Shown here: piece by piece, positions 38,593 through 47,298 of the stretch
Position numbering within the stretch: position 1 is the stretch's first letter
Layout: each line of letters begins with the position of its first letter
DNA from: Escherichia phage ph0021
Reading direction: 5' to 3' (one strand)
Length of the DNA: 64,000 nucleotides
Sequence record: OP557970.1
Position numbers and translations under genes: made by a program
The notes under the pieces: generated by a model
Database searches by the model: none
What the model was told of the DNA's origin: nothing
What the model saw: only the letters and a program-made list of their open reading frames with translations

Positions 38593-40686
38593 TTATCCTT
38601 GAACGAACTTGTAAGGCATGTTTGTAATATCTATGCAAGACGCAATAATTCCAAGAGATGATTCTACTTTCTGTTTAATATTTGATGAAACAAATGATGC
38701 AAAGTCAACTCTGTCTTCTATTTCAATATCACCTGTCATTGCAACCAATTCACCAGTTTCCATTAAATGGTCTCCATCATAGATTACCGATTCGGTGAGC
38801 TCTTCCGTGGTCATAACTTCAGCTTGAATGAGTTTTGTATTATTAGATGTTGTTCCGTCATTATTAGAAGCATCGGTTATTTTATTAACTTTGACCATCA
38901 ATCCACGCGGTAGAATAACTTCAGCTTCTGTTGCTATTCCGAGACTTCCTGGATATACAACATTAACTTTATGAGCTCCATCAATTGCCCATCCTATTTG
39001 AACTTTAACATATTCAGGATTTTCTTTATACGCTCTTATTTCGTTTGGATTAATAGTTATTCCTTCTTCATTTTTATCAACTGTTAATTCATTGCGAGCT
39101 TCTGGTTCTAAAAGACCAATACCAGCATGTGTGATTCCAAAACGTCCAAAAATGATAGGAGTTAAAGAAGTAGATACAAAATTTCTGAAGTAGAACACTT
39201 TATTTTTAACTAACGCTTCATATATAGGAGCAGTCATACTTTGAGCACGATAAACTGTAATGCCTTCTGGTATACGGTCACCATTTTCAAAAGCTGAATC
39301 TAAGTTATTTATAGCAGATTCAATTTCTTTTTCACTCATTACATCGTATCGTTCTGGATTGTAACGACCTAAAAGAAGATTATTGATGTCAGTATATCCT
39401 GAACCGCAATATTCTCTAATGCCACGCTTTTGTGATGGAGTATATTTAGAACCATCGCGGGCAATAGTAATATCAATCATTGGACCAGCACCAATTCCAG
39501 AAAAACTGTAAATCATTCGTTTGAGGAATTTAGTTTTTGCTGCGTTCCAGGAATTTTTAGTTATTTCTTCCCAGACTTCATCTGGTTGTCCTTTACGATT
39601 TTTATTATGATTAGCAAGCCATTTATCTTTATAATCTTCAAAGAATTGATTTACAGCTGCTGCGTATTTCTCTAAACATTTTATTGAAGTAGTTGGTTCA
39701 TTTTTAATTGCATTAAAAATTACTTCTTTAATTTTTTCTGAAACTTCACCGACTTGACTCATTGGAAAGAATTTATAATCATAGTGAAGTTCATCTGCCG
39801 TTCCTTCAGCAATAATTTTTGCTGCCTTTGTTTTAGAAGCTAATGAATTAATTCCAATTTTCATTTCTTCTGCTTCGGGAATTAAAGGTGCAGTAGCTGG
39901 TTTATTAAAATTGGCTGCTGTAGATTCATACTTCTGGAATAATTCACTTTCAAATCTAGAAGATTCCAATGACTGACTTTGTGCAATTGCTCTACGGGAA
40001 ATTTTAACTTTAACGATTACAGCTTGGTCAGAACGTTTATCATTTTCTTGTGCAATAGATGCTGCAATTGCTTCATTTTTAGTTACTTGAGCTCCAGTAT
40101 CTTTATTGATATAAACATCACCGACCTTCGATTCAACTTTAGTAAAGAGTTCAGTGCTAATTTCTGGAACTCCTGGAATGTCTTCTAATGATACATTTTT
40201 GCGATGTATAAGAATATATGCATACTTTTTATCGTAATCCCAGAGTTCCTTAAGAAGGACGTATCTGCCACCTGAACGACTACGGATAAGTCTATCAGCA
40301 ATAACTTGAATTTGTCGAGCTTGGCCAGCAGTTTTAGACTTAAGAATACGAAGCATGCAGGCATCAATTTTATATTGACGCATCGTTTGCATTGCAACAG
40401 TAAAAACTGAATTGATATAATTAATTGGGCTTGGACCAAGACCTTTTAATTTAGCAATTGAGCCTTTAGCAGTTAATGTAAAAGGAACAATATGCATCAT
40501 TTTATCGCCCATCTTTAAATCGCGATTAGTATCACCTCCAGATGTATAGGTACATAAACGAAAGCCTGGTTGTTCAATTGCATCATCAACATGAACTGAA
40601 AAAATTTGTGGTATTTTCTTCTTTGGATTTAAGTTTGTAATCGGAAGAGTAGTATCTTCGTCAAATAATTCTGTAATAAGTTCCAT
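38593..40686 (-). CDS. alt: Alt, head-packaged mono-ADP-ribosyltransferase
   Basis: 697-aa ORF starting MELITELFDEDTTLPITNLNPKKKIPQIF; motifs VYRAQ, FVSTSL, TEAEVILPRG; late promoter upstream. Confidence 0.9.
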   Translation of the reverse strand: MELITELFDEDTTLPITNLNPKKKIPQIFSVHVDDAIEQPGFRLCTYTSGGDTNRDLKMGDKMMHIVPFTLTAKGSIAKLKGLGPSPINYINSVFTVAMQTMRQYKIDACMLRILKSKTAGQARQIQVIADRLIRSRSGGRYVLLKELWDYDKKYAYILIHRKNVSLEDIPGVPEISTELFTKVESKVGDVYINKDTGAQVTKNEAIAASIAQENDKRSDQAVIVKVKISRRAIAQSQSLESSRFESELFQKYESTAANFNKPATAPLIPEAEEMKIGINSLASKTKAAKIIAEGTADELHYDYKFFPMSQVGEVSEKIKEVIFNAIKNEPTTSIKCLEKYAAAVNQFFEDYKDKWLANHNKNRKGQPDEVWEEITKNSWNAAKTKFLKRMIYSFSGIGAGPMIDITIARDGSKYTPSQKRGIREYCGSGYTDINNLLLGRYNPERYDVMSEKEIESAINNLDSAFENGDRIPEGITVYRAQSMTAPIYEALVKNKVFYFRNFVSTSLTPIIFGRFGITHAGIGLLEPEARNELTVDKNEEGITINPNEIRAYKENPEYVKVQIGWAIDGAHKVNVVYPGSLGIATEAEVILPRGLMVKVNKITDASNNDGTTSNNTKLIQAEVMTTEELTESVIYDGDHLMETGELVAMTGDIEIEDRVDFASFVSSNIKQKVESSLGIIASCIDITNMPYKFVQG

Positions 40687-40709
40687 GTTATCCTCTCTAG
40701 TGTTTATTC

Positions 40710-40740
40710 TATTTATAAAATTAAAGGCCCGAAGGCCTTT
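40710..40740 (-). promoter_or_regulatory. terminator hairpin plus late promoter upstream of alt
   Basis: AAAGGCC-CGAA-GGCCTTT hairpin (40723-40740), then minus-strand TATAAATA (40710-40717) and GAGAGG ribosome-binding site before the alt ATG. Confidence 0.6.
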
Positions 40741-40742
40741 AA

Positions 40743-40928
40743 TTAATAGAGAGCTAAAAGAGTACGATATACTTCAAACTTTGGACCTTTTTCATATGGA
40801 TCAAATCTTTCCGTGAATTCATCATATGCTAGTTTATCTGGGAATTCAAGAATAACCTGCGATACCGCAGTGGAAACATCTCCACCTTCTTTTTGAGCCA
40901 CGACAATTGTTTCTAAGTAAGCTTTCAT
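40743..40928 (-). CDS. hypothetical protein between gene 30 and alt
   Basis: 61-aa ORF; its start overlaps the ligase stop. Confidence 0.5.
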   Translation of the reverse strand: MKAYLETIVVAQKEGGDVSTAVSQVILEFPDKLAYDEFTERFDPYEKGPKFEVYRTLLALY

Positions 40929-42388
40929 AAACCAGTTACCTCATGAAAATCGCCAAATACATCTTCGAACGTATTAGCTTTAGTTTTATCTTCACGTAAA
41001 CGAATTGCAATTGGAAGAAATAGCTTAACGTAATCAGTACGTCCATCTAATTTTACCCAGCCGTTGCATTCGCACTCTAGAATTTTTCCAATATAATAAT
41101 TTTGGTTTTCCATAATGCGAGTACGATCAAGTTCATGCGATTTTATACCGGCTTTATCTTTTAAGCCTGAACCAGCATTTACTTTAATTTTTCCACACTC
41201 TGATTCAAGAATGAAACCACCTGCTTTAGTAGGGTCTTTACGGTGAGGATAAATTCCTACAATTTTTAAATCAACATCAATTACTTCTTTAAATTTATAA
41301 AGATTTTTTGAACGAGCATTTTCCCATAATCCATCGATATTTTTAAGAATAATACCTTCAAGACCTTGGTCAATATACTTTTTATAAATTACCTTAGCTT
41401 CATCTAGGTTATTTACTACTTGGTTTTCAATTAAAATTACTTTATCATAGCCTGATGTCATTTGTTCTAGTTTAGAAAAACGTACATCATATTTTAAACG
41501 AAATGCTGGAAGACCATATATTTCTACTAATGGAACATAGTCCCAGACCTGAAACTTCATGCATTGTGCTTCTTTTTCAGAAATGGTTCCCTTTAAAGAT
41601 TTATTAGCGATTCCATTAGAAGTAGTACGTGATTCAGCTACTTCGGCGAATTCTTTAGCTTTACTAATTTCAGGATAAGCATCAAAAAGAAAATCTAGGC
41701 CTTCTGGTTCCTTTTTAACTTGCTCATGGTATACCAATTCGCCATCAATTAACACACCTTCTGGATGAATCTGGCGAGCTTCTGCAGTCATTTTGATTAA
41801 CTCTTCCTTGAGAAGATCTAATCCTAGATATTCATTACCAGCTCGTGATAAAAGACGAACATCATCTAATTCATCACCTCTGACTTCAGCAAAACAGCGA
41901 GCTCCATCAGCTTTTAGCTGTGCAAAGGCTGGAAATTTGATATTCTTATTAATGCCTTTTTCGTCATAAGAACTTGCTAGCATTTGAGGTTGTTCAGGAA
42001 TTAAACCTGGCCAAACTTTGTTTGCAATAGATACTGATGCACCGCATTCAAGGTCTCGCATCATCACCCGACGCAAAACTTCAACATCATCTTTTTTACC
42101 GTCAGTAATATATCCAGTTAATTCCTCAATTGCCGCATTTCCAGTCAATTTCCGAGTAGCTAACGTGAATTCAATGAAGTCAAGCATATCGGTAAGAGTC
42201 AACATTCCAAAACTCTGGGTAGTAATACCCGGTTTAGGCCATTTCTTGATATAATACTGTAACCCACGAGAATAAGTCAGACGATATACTCGTTTAAGCA
42301 ATTCATTATCTTTATTCTTTTCAAGAATTGCTTGCTTCTGCTTAGTTGAACCAATAGATGCTATTTCGTTCAGAATTTTAAGAATCAT
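40925..42388 (-). CDS. 30: ATP-dependent DNA ligase gp30
   Basis: 487-aa ORF starting MILKILNEIASIGSTKQKQAILEKNKDNELLKRVYRLTY; adenylation motif KADGARC. Confidence 0.95.
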   Translation of the reverse strand: MILKILNEIASIGSTKQKQAILEKNKDNELLKRVYRLTYSRGLQYYIKKWPKPGITTQSFGMLTLTDMLDFIEFTLATRKLTGNAAIEELTGYITDGKKDDVEVLRRVMMRDLECGASVSIANKVWPGLIPEQPQMLASSYDEKGINKNIKFPAFAQLKADGARCFAEVRGDELDDVRLLSRAGNEYLGLDLLKEELIKMTAEARQIHPEGVLIDGELVYHEQVKKEPEGLDFLFDAYPEISKAKEFAEVAESRTTSNGIANKSLKGTISEKEAQCMKFQVWDYVPLVEIYGLPAFRLKYDVRFSKLEQMTSGYDKVILIENQVVNNLDEAKVIYKKYIDQGLEGIILKNIDGLWENARSKNLYKFKEVIDVDLKIVGIYPHRKDPTKAGGFILESECGKIKVNAGSGLKDKAGIKSHELDRTRIMENQNYYIGKILECECNGWVKLDGRTDYVKLFLPIAIRLREDKTKANTFEDVFGDFHEVTGL

Positions 42389-42654
42389 TGTTCATCCTTT
42401 AGAGTTTGGTTTACAGCTCTATTATAAATCAATTCATCATTAAGCTCAGTCAAAGACCTGTGATACGTGGTTCTAACTTTATTTCCTTGCATCCAGTGCT
42501 TGACATAAATGAAACCTTGCTCTACACATTTTTTAAAAATTCGTTCGTCTTTTTGAGCTCGGAATTCTGGATTGCATCTAAAAAATTGATTTACGTGACC
42601 GTAATCACGTGTAGTATTACCTTCATTTTCATAAATAGTGTGAACGACAAACAT
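42385..42654 (-). CDS. hypothetical protein (T4 30.1 position)
   Basis: 89-aa ORF overlapping the ligase start. Confidence 0.6.
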   Translation of the reverse strand: MFVVHTIYENEGNTTRDYGHVNQFFRCNPEFRAQKDERIFKKCVEQGFIYVKHWMQGNKVRTTYHRSLTELNDELIYNRAVNQTLKDEQ

Positions 42655-43490
42655 TAGAATGCTCCTTGGAAAATATTATCACCACTAGTAGGTCTATTAT
42701 ACAAATACTCTATGCCACCGGGTTTAATATAGTTCCATGTCTGAAACGGATGCGTCTGATATGGATGATATAGATTATAAGGATTAAATCCAGGAGTTCT
42801 CCAGGTAGTGTTCCAAGGAAAAGAATCGTTTTTAATCATCTTTTCAATTACATCTTTTATAGCTTTTTCACTATCAAAACTTTCTTTATTTTCATTCGAT
42901 GGAAAAAGCTTATTCTCTACATCATTCCATGTATAAACTCGCTGTGCAGTTTTTGGAATATTGTCACGCTCTCCTCGAGCCATCCAATAAACAGGAACAT
43001 TTAATATTTCACTCGCATGATCGCAGTGGTGAGCGAGATCGTCAATATAACAAATTACGTTATATTTCTCTTTTGCCTTTTTGAACAACTCTTCTTTTGA
43101 AGAATCATGACCACACATCAATACTTCTGAGAAGGCACCAGGAAAAAGAGCATTCAAATTAAATTGACGATTCAGCAGAGCGTCAATAGAATCACCCAGT
43201 GCTGTAACAGCTACAAAATTATAATCTTCTTTTAATTTGTTAATTACACACAGGGCATCTTTATATGGAGACAAATAGCGAATAAAATCTGAACGATTAT
43301 ACTTTTCGATTAATTTAACACCAAGTTCTTCATCGCAATTAAAGAGCTTACCAGGAGAAATAAATTTTTCGTCCTGAATCATTTTTAAAATATGTTCCAA
43401 CGGAAGATTATATTTTTGGGCAAAATAAGGAAGGCCTGATTGCCAGCTTAAACATACACCATCAATATCAGTCAAAATAGTAGGCTTCAT
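42654..43490 (-). CDS. HAD-superfamily phosphatase-like protein (T4 30.2 position)
   Basis: 278-aa ORF with N-terminal DxDG motif (LTDIDGVCL) typical of HAD hydrolases. Confidence 0.7.
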   Translation of the reverse strand: MKPTILTDIDGVCLSWQSGLPYFAQKYNLPLEHILKMIQDEKFISPGKLFNCDEELGVKLIEKYNRSDFIRYLSPYKDALCVINKLKEDYNFVAVTALGDSIDALLNRQFNLNALFPGAFSEVLMCGHDSSKEELFKKAKEKYNVICYIDDLAHHCDHASEILNVPVYWMARGERDNIPKTAQRVYTWNDVENKLFPSNENKESFDSEKAIKDVIEKMIKNDSFPWNTTWRTPGFNPYNLYHPYQTHPFQTWNYIKPGGIEYLYNRPTSGDNIFQGAF

Positions 43491-43951
43491 AGAGAGTCTC
43501 TTAATAGGTTTAACACATCAATAAATTCAACTTCGGTTAGTATTGTATCATCTTTTGTTAGACCACTAGCCATGCTATGCTTCAAAATTTTTCCTTTTGA
43601 GGCTTGTAAGGCATCACGAAACCCCTTGTTTTGGATCGCTGCTTCAAAATATGCATTTGTATACAATTCTTTCCACGCTGGGGAGTATCTTGAAAATGGA
43701 ACTCCGAGCCAGAAGAGGGTCCCACGGTCCGCAGCTCTTGCATAAGACCTTCCAGCTTGTTGGGCGGCAAGCCCGGATAACCCAAATATACGTCTTTGCT
43801 GCTCAACATTTTTCACCTTGCATCCTTGGAGGAATCCTTCAAGACCTCCGAATTGAATACCATCCATGACGAAAGGCCATTGGGCGAAATTACTTAATGC
43901 GCATGATGGCCATCTAAAATTGCTTCTAATCTCTAACTCAGACATTTTCAA
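43487..43951 (-). CDS. NADAR / YbiA-like (DUF1768) domain protein (T4 30.3 position)
   Basis: 154-aa ORF; LSNFAQWPFVMDGIQFGGLEGFLQGCK resembles the YbiA/NADAR signature (SNF...PF...DG...E.FQ..K). Confidence 0.6.
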   Translation of the reverse strand: MKMSELEIRSNFRWPSCALSNFAQWPFVMDGIQFGGLEGFLQGCKVKNVEQQRRIFGLSGLAAQQAGRSYARAADRGTLFWLGVPFSRYSPAWKELYTNAYFEAAIQNKGFRDALQASKGKILKHSMASGLTKDDTILTEVEFIDVLNLLRDSL

Positions 43952-44144
43952 TACTTATAATTTCAACATCAGCCCAATGACCATAGCAAGGAAGACGAAA
44001 TTCAACTGGCCAGTTAGGGTCCTTTTCTAATATAATAGACTTAACTTGTGGTTCTTCATGTTCATCAGTATATGGATTTTTATCTGTTACTTTATATGTG
44101 ACCTTAATGTATTGAATTCCAAAAATCTTATTAATTATATTCAT
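43938..44144 (-). CDS. hypothetical protein
   Basis: 68-aa ORF in the 30.x early cluster. Confidence 0.5.
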   Translation of the reverse strand: MNIINKIFGIQYIKVTYKVTDKNPYTDEHEEPQVKSIILEKDPNWPVEFRLPCYGHWADVEIISIENV

Positions 44145-44338
44145 ACTAATTCCTTTAATCCGTAAATAGGAGACAATTCATCACCCATACGAAGGTCTTC
44201 ATTTCCATCTACCCAGGAAACAATATAAGCCTCTTTTATTTGAACACCACTCCATTTAAATGGAGGTAGAACCTTAGAAATTAATCCAGGTATACCAACT
44301 CCCTTTAATTCAACAGTTTGACCTAAAAAGAATTTCAT
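44141..44338 (-). CDS. hypothetical protein
   Basis: 65-aa ORF in the 30.x early cluster. Confidence 0.5.
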   Translation of the reverse strand: MKFFLGQTVELKGVGIPGLISKVLPPFKWSGVQIKEAYIVSWVDGNEDLRMGDELSPIYGLKELV

Positions 44339-44625
44339 TAGAACCTCATCTGAAAACCATGCGATTTAACATTACCGCCGCCAATATCAGAAATATTAAT
44401 TTCACGCGCAATCGAAGGATCGATGTCAATTTCACGATTAAGTTTAGCGATAGCTAAAGTATCACGCCCATTTACAGTACGGAACTCTAAAGGACAAACC
44501 ACATCAACGTAATTTTTAATCGATTCACTGGTAGGTTGCAAATGAGCAGGAAGGTCTTTGGGCGCCTTTGAGAAAACCACTTCACAGAAATTTTTACGGG
44601 TATCAAAATAAGTAGTCATAAACAT
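44338..44625 (-). CDS. hypothetical protein
   Basis: 95-aa ORF with GAGGA ribosome-binding site. Confidence 0.55.
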   Translation of the reverse strand: MFMTTYFDTRKNFCEVVFSKAPKDLPAHLQPTSESIKNYVDVVCPLEFRTVNGRDTLAIAKLNREIDIDPSIAREINISDIGGGNVKSHGFQMRF

Positions 44626-44640
44626 AGTATTTTCCTCAGT

Positions 44641-44656
44641 AAGGGGCCGAAGCCCC
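44641..44656. other. GC-rich tetraloop hairpin (GGGGC-CGAA-GCCCC)
   Basis: Followed by a T-tract on the + strand, opposite to the local gene orientation. Confidence 0.35.
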
Positions 44657-44666
44657 TCATTTTATT

Positions 44667-45044
44667 TTAAATATCAAATTCATTAAGAACTACATCAAAG
44701 ATTGCTTCAAGATGCTCAGGTTTAGCTCTGTTACTCAGAATATGACGAATCCAAGTTTTAACCAAAAGCTTGCGATTATCACCATTCCAGCAAGGATGAG
44801 TCCCTAAATCGCGTTGACGAAAATCATCATCCAGAGCGATTTTAAAGTTGGAACCTTCCATTGTGATTGAAACCGTGATGCCATTTTCAAATCGCATATA
44901 AACGTAATTAGGAGTCATATACTGTTCAATTTCGCATACTGATCCATTTTGATGTTTCCAAAGGCAAATAGTATCAATAGAACCTGCAATACCATTAGAA
45001 ACATATTTACGTTCAAAGTTGATGTAGTTCATTTTATTCTCCAA
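44667..45044 (-). CDS. hypothetical protein
   Basis: 125-aa ORF in the 30.x early cluster. Confidence 0.55.
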   Translation of the reverse strand: MENKMNYINFERKYVSNGIAGSIDTICLWKHQNGSVCEIEQYMTPNYVYMRFENGITVSITMEGSNFKIALDDDFRQRDLGTHPCWNGDNRKLLVKTWIRHILSNRAKPEHLEAIFDVVLNEFDI

Positions 45045-45099
45045 GATGTTTAATTGCGGTACAGGTATATAATATCATATCCTGTACCAAAGTAAACAA

Positions 45100-45432
45100 T
45101 TATTTTACTACTTTCCAGTGTTGCATGTCAAGTTTACCGACTTTTTTCATCTTCTCAATTAAGCGTTCGGCGCGTTGGCGAGCTGTAACATAATGCCATT
45201 CGCCTAATTCATTTTGTTCAATTTTTCCAACGATTACTGTATTCAATTCATAAATCCAACCAGTAAAGAAATTATGAACTTGAATTGTAAAGGTGAAATC
45301 TGTTCCCATACCTTCTGTTGTTTCTACTTCAATAATATCACCTTCAACTGCCATTAAGAACCACATAGTTTCGTTATATTCACCATTGAAGCATTTAGCT
45401 TTAACTGCAGCGTTCAGATTAATCGTTTTCAT
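45100..45432 (-). CDS. hypothetical protein
   Basis: 110-aa ORF with early promoter and AAGGAG ribosome-binding site upstream. Confidence 0.6.
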   Translation of the reverse strand: MKTINLNAAVKAKCFNGEYNETMWFLMAVEGDIIEVETTEGMGTDFTFTIQVHNFFTGWIYELNTVIVGKIEQNELGEWHYVTARQRAERLIEKMKKVGKLDMQHWKVVK

Positions 45433-45459
45433 TTTATTCTCCTTTGTTTGTGTAAGATA

Positions 45460-45489
45460 ATACTATCACAAAGGAACCATACTGTAAAC
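45460..45489 (-). promoter_or_regulatory. early promoter (GTTTAC-N18-TAGTAT)
   Basis: Minus-strand -35/-10 hexamers upstream of the 110-aa ORF. Confidence 0.5.
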
Positions 45490-45519
45490 AACTTTATGCA
45501 ATCTTTGGAAAATAAAAAA

Positions 45520-45537
45520 GGACTCCCGAAGGAGTCC
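45520..45537 (-). terminator. intrinsic terminator downstream of the small basic protein gene
   Basis: GGACTCC-CGAA-GGAGTCC hairpin followed on the - strand by a T-run. Confidence 0.65.
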
Positions 45538-45542
45538 TCAAC

Positions 45543-45761
45543 TTATGCTTTCTGCTTACCAAAACGAGAAGCATCATCTCGAAGAACCGCACGTGCTCGG
45601 CGCATGATCTTCTCAACAGTTTGATTGATACGAGAGTTCGACCCACGCTTGTAGCCAGCGCGTTTAGAATCACCAACTTTCTTTTCAACTGCTTTCTTTG
45701 CTTTAGCTTGTTTTGCCATTATAAATTCTCTTTTAAATGAAAATGCAGGACTTATTGGCAT
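45543..45761 (-). CDS. small basic (Lys/Arg-rich) protein
   Basis: 72-aa ORF; a likelier start at the internal MAKQAKAKK (45719) gives 58 aa; terminator hairpin downstream. Confidence 0.5.
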   Translation of the reverse strand: MPISPAFSFKREFIMAKQAKAKKAVEKKVGDSKRAGYKRGSNSRINQTVEKIMRRARAVLRDDASRFGKQKA

Positions 45762-45964
45762 TGCCTGCGCAAGCCCTCAAGGGGAACATAGGTTTTTGGG
45801 TATTTAACGACCAGGATAACCATAAACCCGTCATCATTCACATTCAAGAGGTACACCATAAAACTGCCGGGGTCTTAAAACTATAATGATTCGCAAATCA
45901 TTAATCAGACAGTTCGATGGCTCCTCGATTTTAGCTCACACTAAGGCAGTGAATCTCCAATAAA

Positions 45965-46213
45965 TTACTTCAATGTTACCACAAAGTGACGAACTGCTTT
46001 TCGTGCAGCAGAAGCCAGAGGCTTAGCATACTTAAGTTCATCTTTTTCCTGAAGCTCAGCAGCTAATGCAGTTTGAGCAGGATTTAGATGTTTGAAATAA
46101 CGCAGGATTTCAAGAGCTTCGGCTTCAACATCAATAGATGCGCCATAGTTTTCGTGACCATTATTCCATGCGTTTCGTTGCAGTTCAAGAGCGTGTTGTA
46201 ATTGTTTAATCAT
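45965..46213 (-). CDS. rIII: lysis inhibition accessory protein rIII
   Basis: 82-aa ORF, T4 rIII length, immediately downstream of gene 31; late promoter upstream. Confidence 0.8.
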   Translation of the reverse strand: MIKQLQHALELQRNAWNNGHENYGASIDVEAEALEILRYFKHLNPAQTALAAELQEKDELKYAKPLASAARKAVRHFVVTLK

Positions 46214-46352
46214 TTAAAAATTCTCGTTAGAGATTAAAACTCGGTAGTCACGTTCTTCTGAATTTCATCTTCTTTCGACAGATCTCTCAGTTGTAGACTA
46301 CCACATAGAATTGTTCGGTTAACTTATTATTCCGACACCCAATTCATATTAT

Positions 46353-46360
46353 TATTTATA
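46353..46360 (-). promoter_or_regulatory. late promoter upstream of rIII
   Basis: Minus-strand TATAAATA in the 31-rIII intergenic region. Confidence 0.5.
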
Positions 46361-46696
46361 TCACTTATAAAGACATGGAATAGCTTTATAGTGGCAAGTG
46401 ACGAATTTTTGTTTAATTTCTTTTGGCTGCTTAAGACCCAGAGCTACAAAAGGATGCGGAACATTTCGAATTTGACCAACTGGAAGAGAAGTCAAATCAC
46501 CAACTTCGCAGAAACCTTCAGGAACATCAGGACCAACAGAGTGAACTACACACAGTTCAGGAACTTCACCTTGAACACGTTTACCGATAATAAGTCCTGA
46601 TTCTGTAACTTCTTCATCACCAGCTTGTGCAGGTTCAGAAACTAAAATAACATATTCACCGACAGCACGAATTGGTAGCTGTTGTACTTCAGACAT
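46361..46696 (-). CDS. 31: co-chaperonin gp31 (GroES analogue)
   Basis: 111-aa ORF, T4 gp31 length and position. Confidence 0.85.
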
Positions 46697-46752
46697 CGTT
46701 TTTCCTTTTTGTTAACAGATGAATTAATAATAACAAATAATTCTTAAAGCAT

Positions 46753-47061
46753 TTATTTACCAATAAATTGAAGCAAATGCTCAACTTTCATACCATTAAC
46801 AGAAATCAATTTGCCAATAGAAAAACCTCGCCATGCGCCAAGTTCAACATCAAATACTGGAATCATGTCAGTAGATTCTTTCCGAGTAGATTCAGTCAAT
46901 TTACCAGTTTGCATGGTTGGCATAAAGTCTGCATCACGAGTACCTTTCATAGTACGAATAGTACCATCAGACTTTTCAAAAACTACGTTTGAAACACCCA
47001 TGGACAATTTGGTTTTCAAAATTTCGCGAATTGCTACTTTCTGCTCAGTTGTCAGTTTCAT
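46753..47061 (-). CDS. hypothetical protein (T4 31.1 position)
   Basis: 102-aa ORF. Confidence 0.6.
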   Translation of the reverse strand: MKLTTEQKVAIREILKTKLSMGVSNVVFEKSDGTIRTMKGTRDADFMPTMQTGKLTESTRKESTDMIPVFDVELGAWRGFSIGKLISVNGMKVEHLLQFIGK

Positions 47062-47298
47062 TTATTTACCTATTACAGTTTTAATATGAGTTGTTCCACG
47101 TTCTTTAAGGGTGGAAAGTAATTTTTGGCATTTTTCTAAATCAGATTTCCAACTATATGGTCTATCAATACTAGTCCAATCAGTTTTATAATACTGTTTC
47201 CATTTAGAGAAAAAATATTTCTTATACTCTACAGCAAACGAGATGTTCTCGTTAGAATAAGAACTAATTGCTGTAAGCTTTACCAAACGAAATTTCAT
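47062..47298 (-). CDS. hypothetical protein (T4 31.2 position)
   Basis: 78-aa ORF. Confidence 0.55.
   Translation of the reverse strand: MKFRLVKLTAISSYSNENISFAVEYKKYFFSKWKQYYKTDWTSIDRPYSWKSDLEKCQKLLSTLKERGTTHIKTVIGK

Noticed and set aside
42406-42657. 83-aa + strand ORF overlapping the 30.1 position
   Set aside because: Antisense to a - strand ORF within an operon of - strand genes; plus-strand GTTTAC and TATAAAT-like hexamers nearby are spaced too closely to form a promoter.
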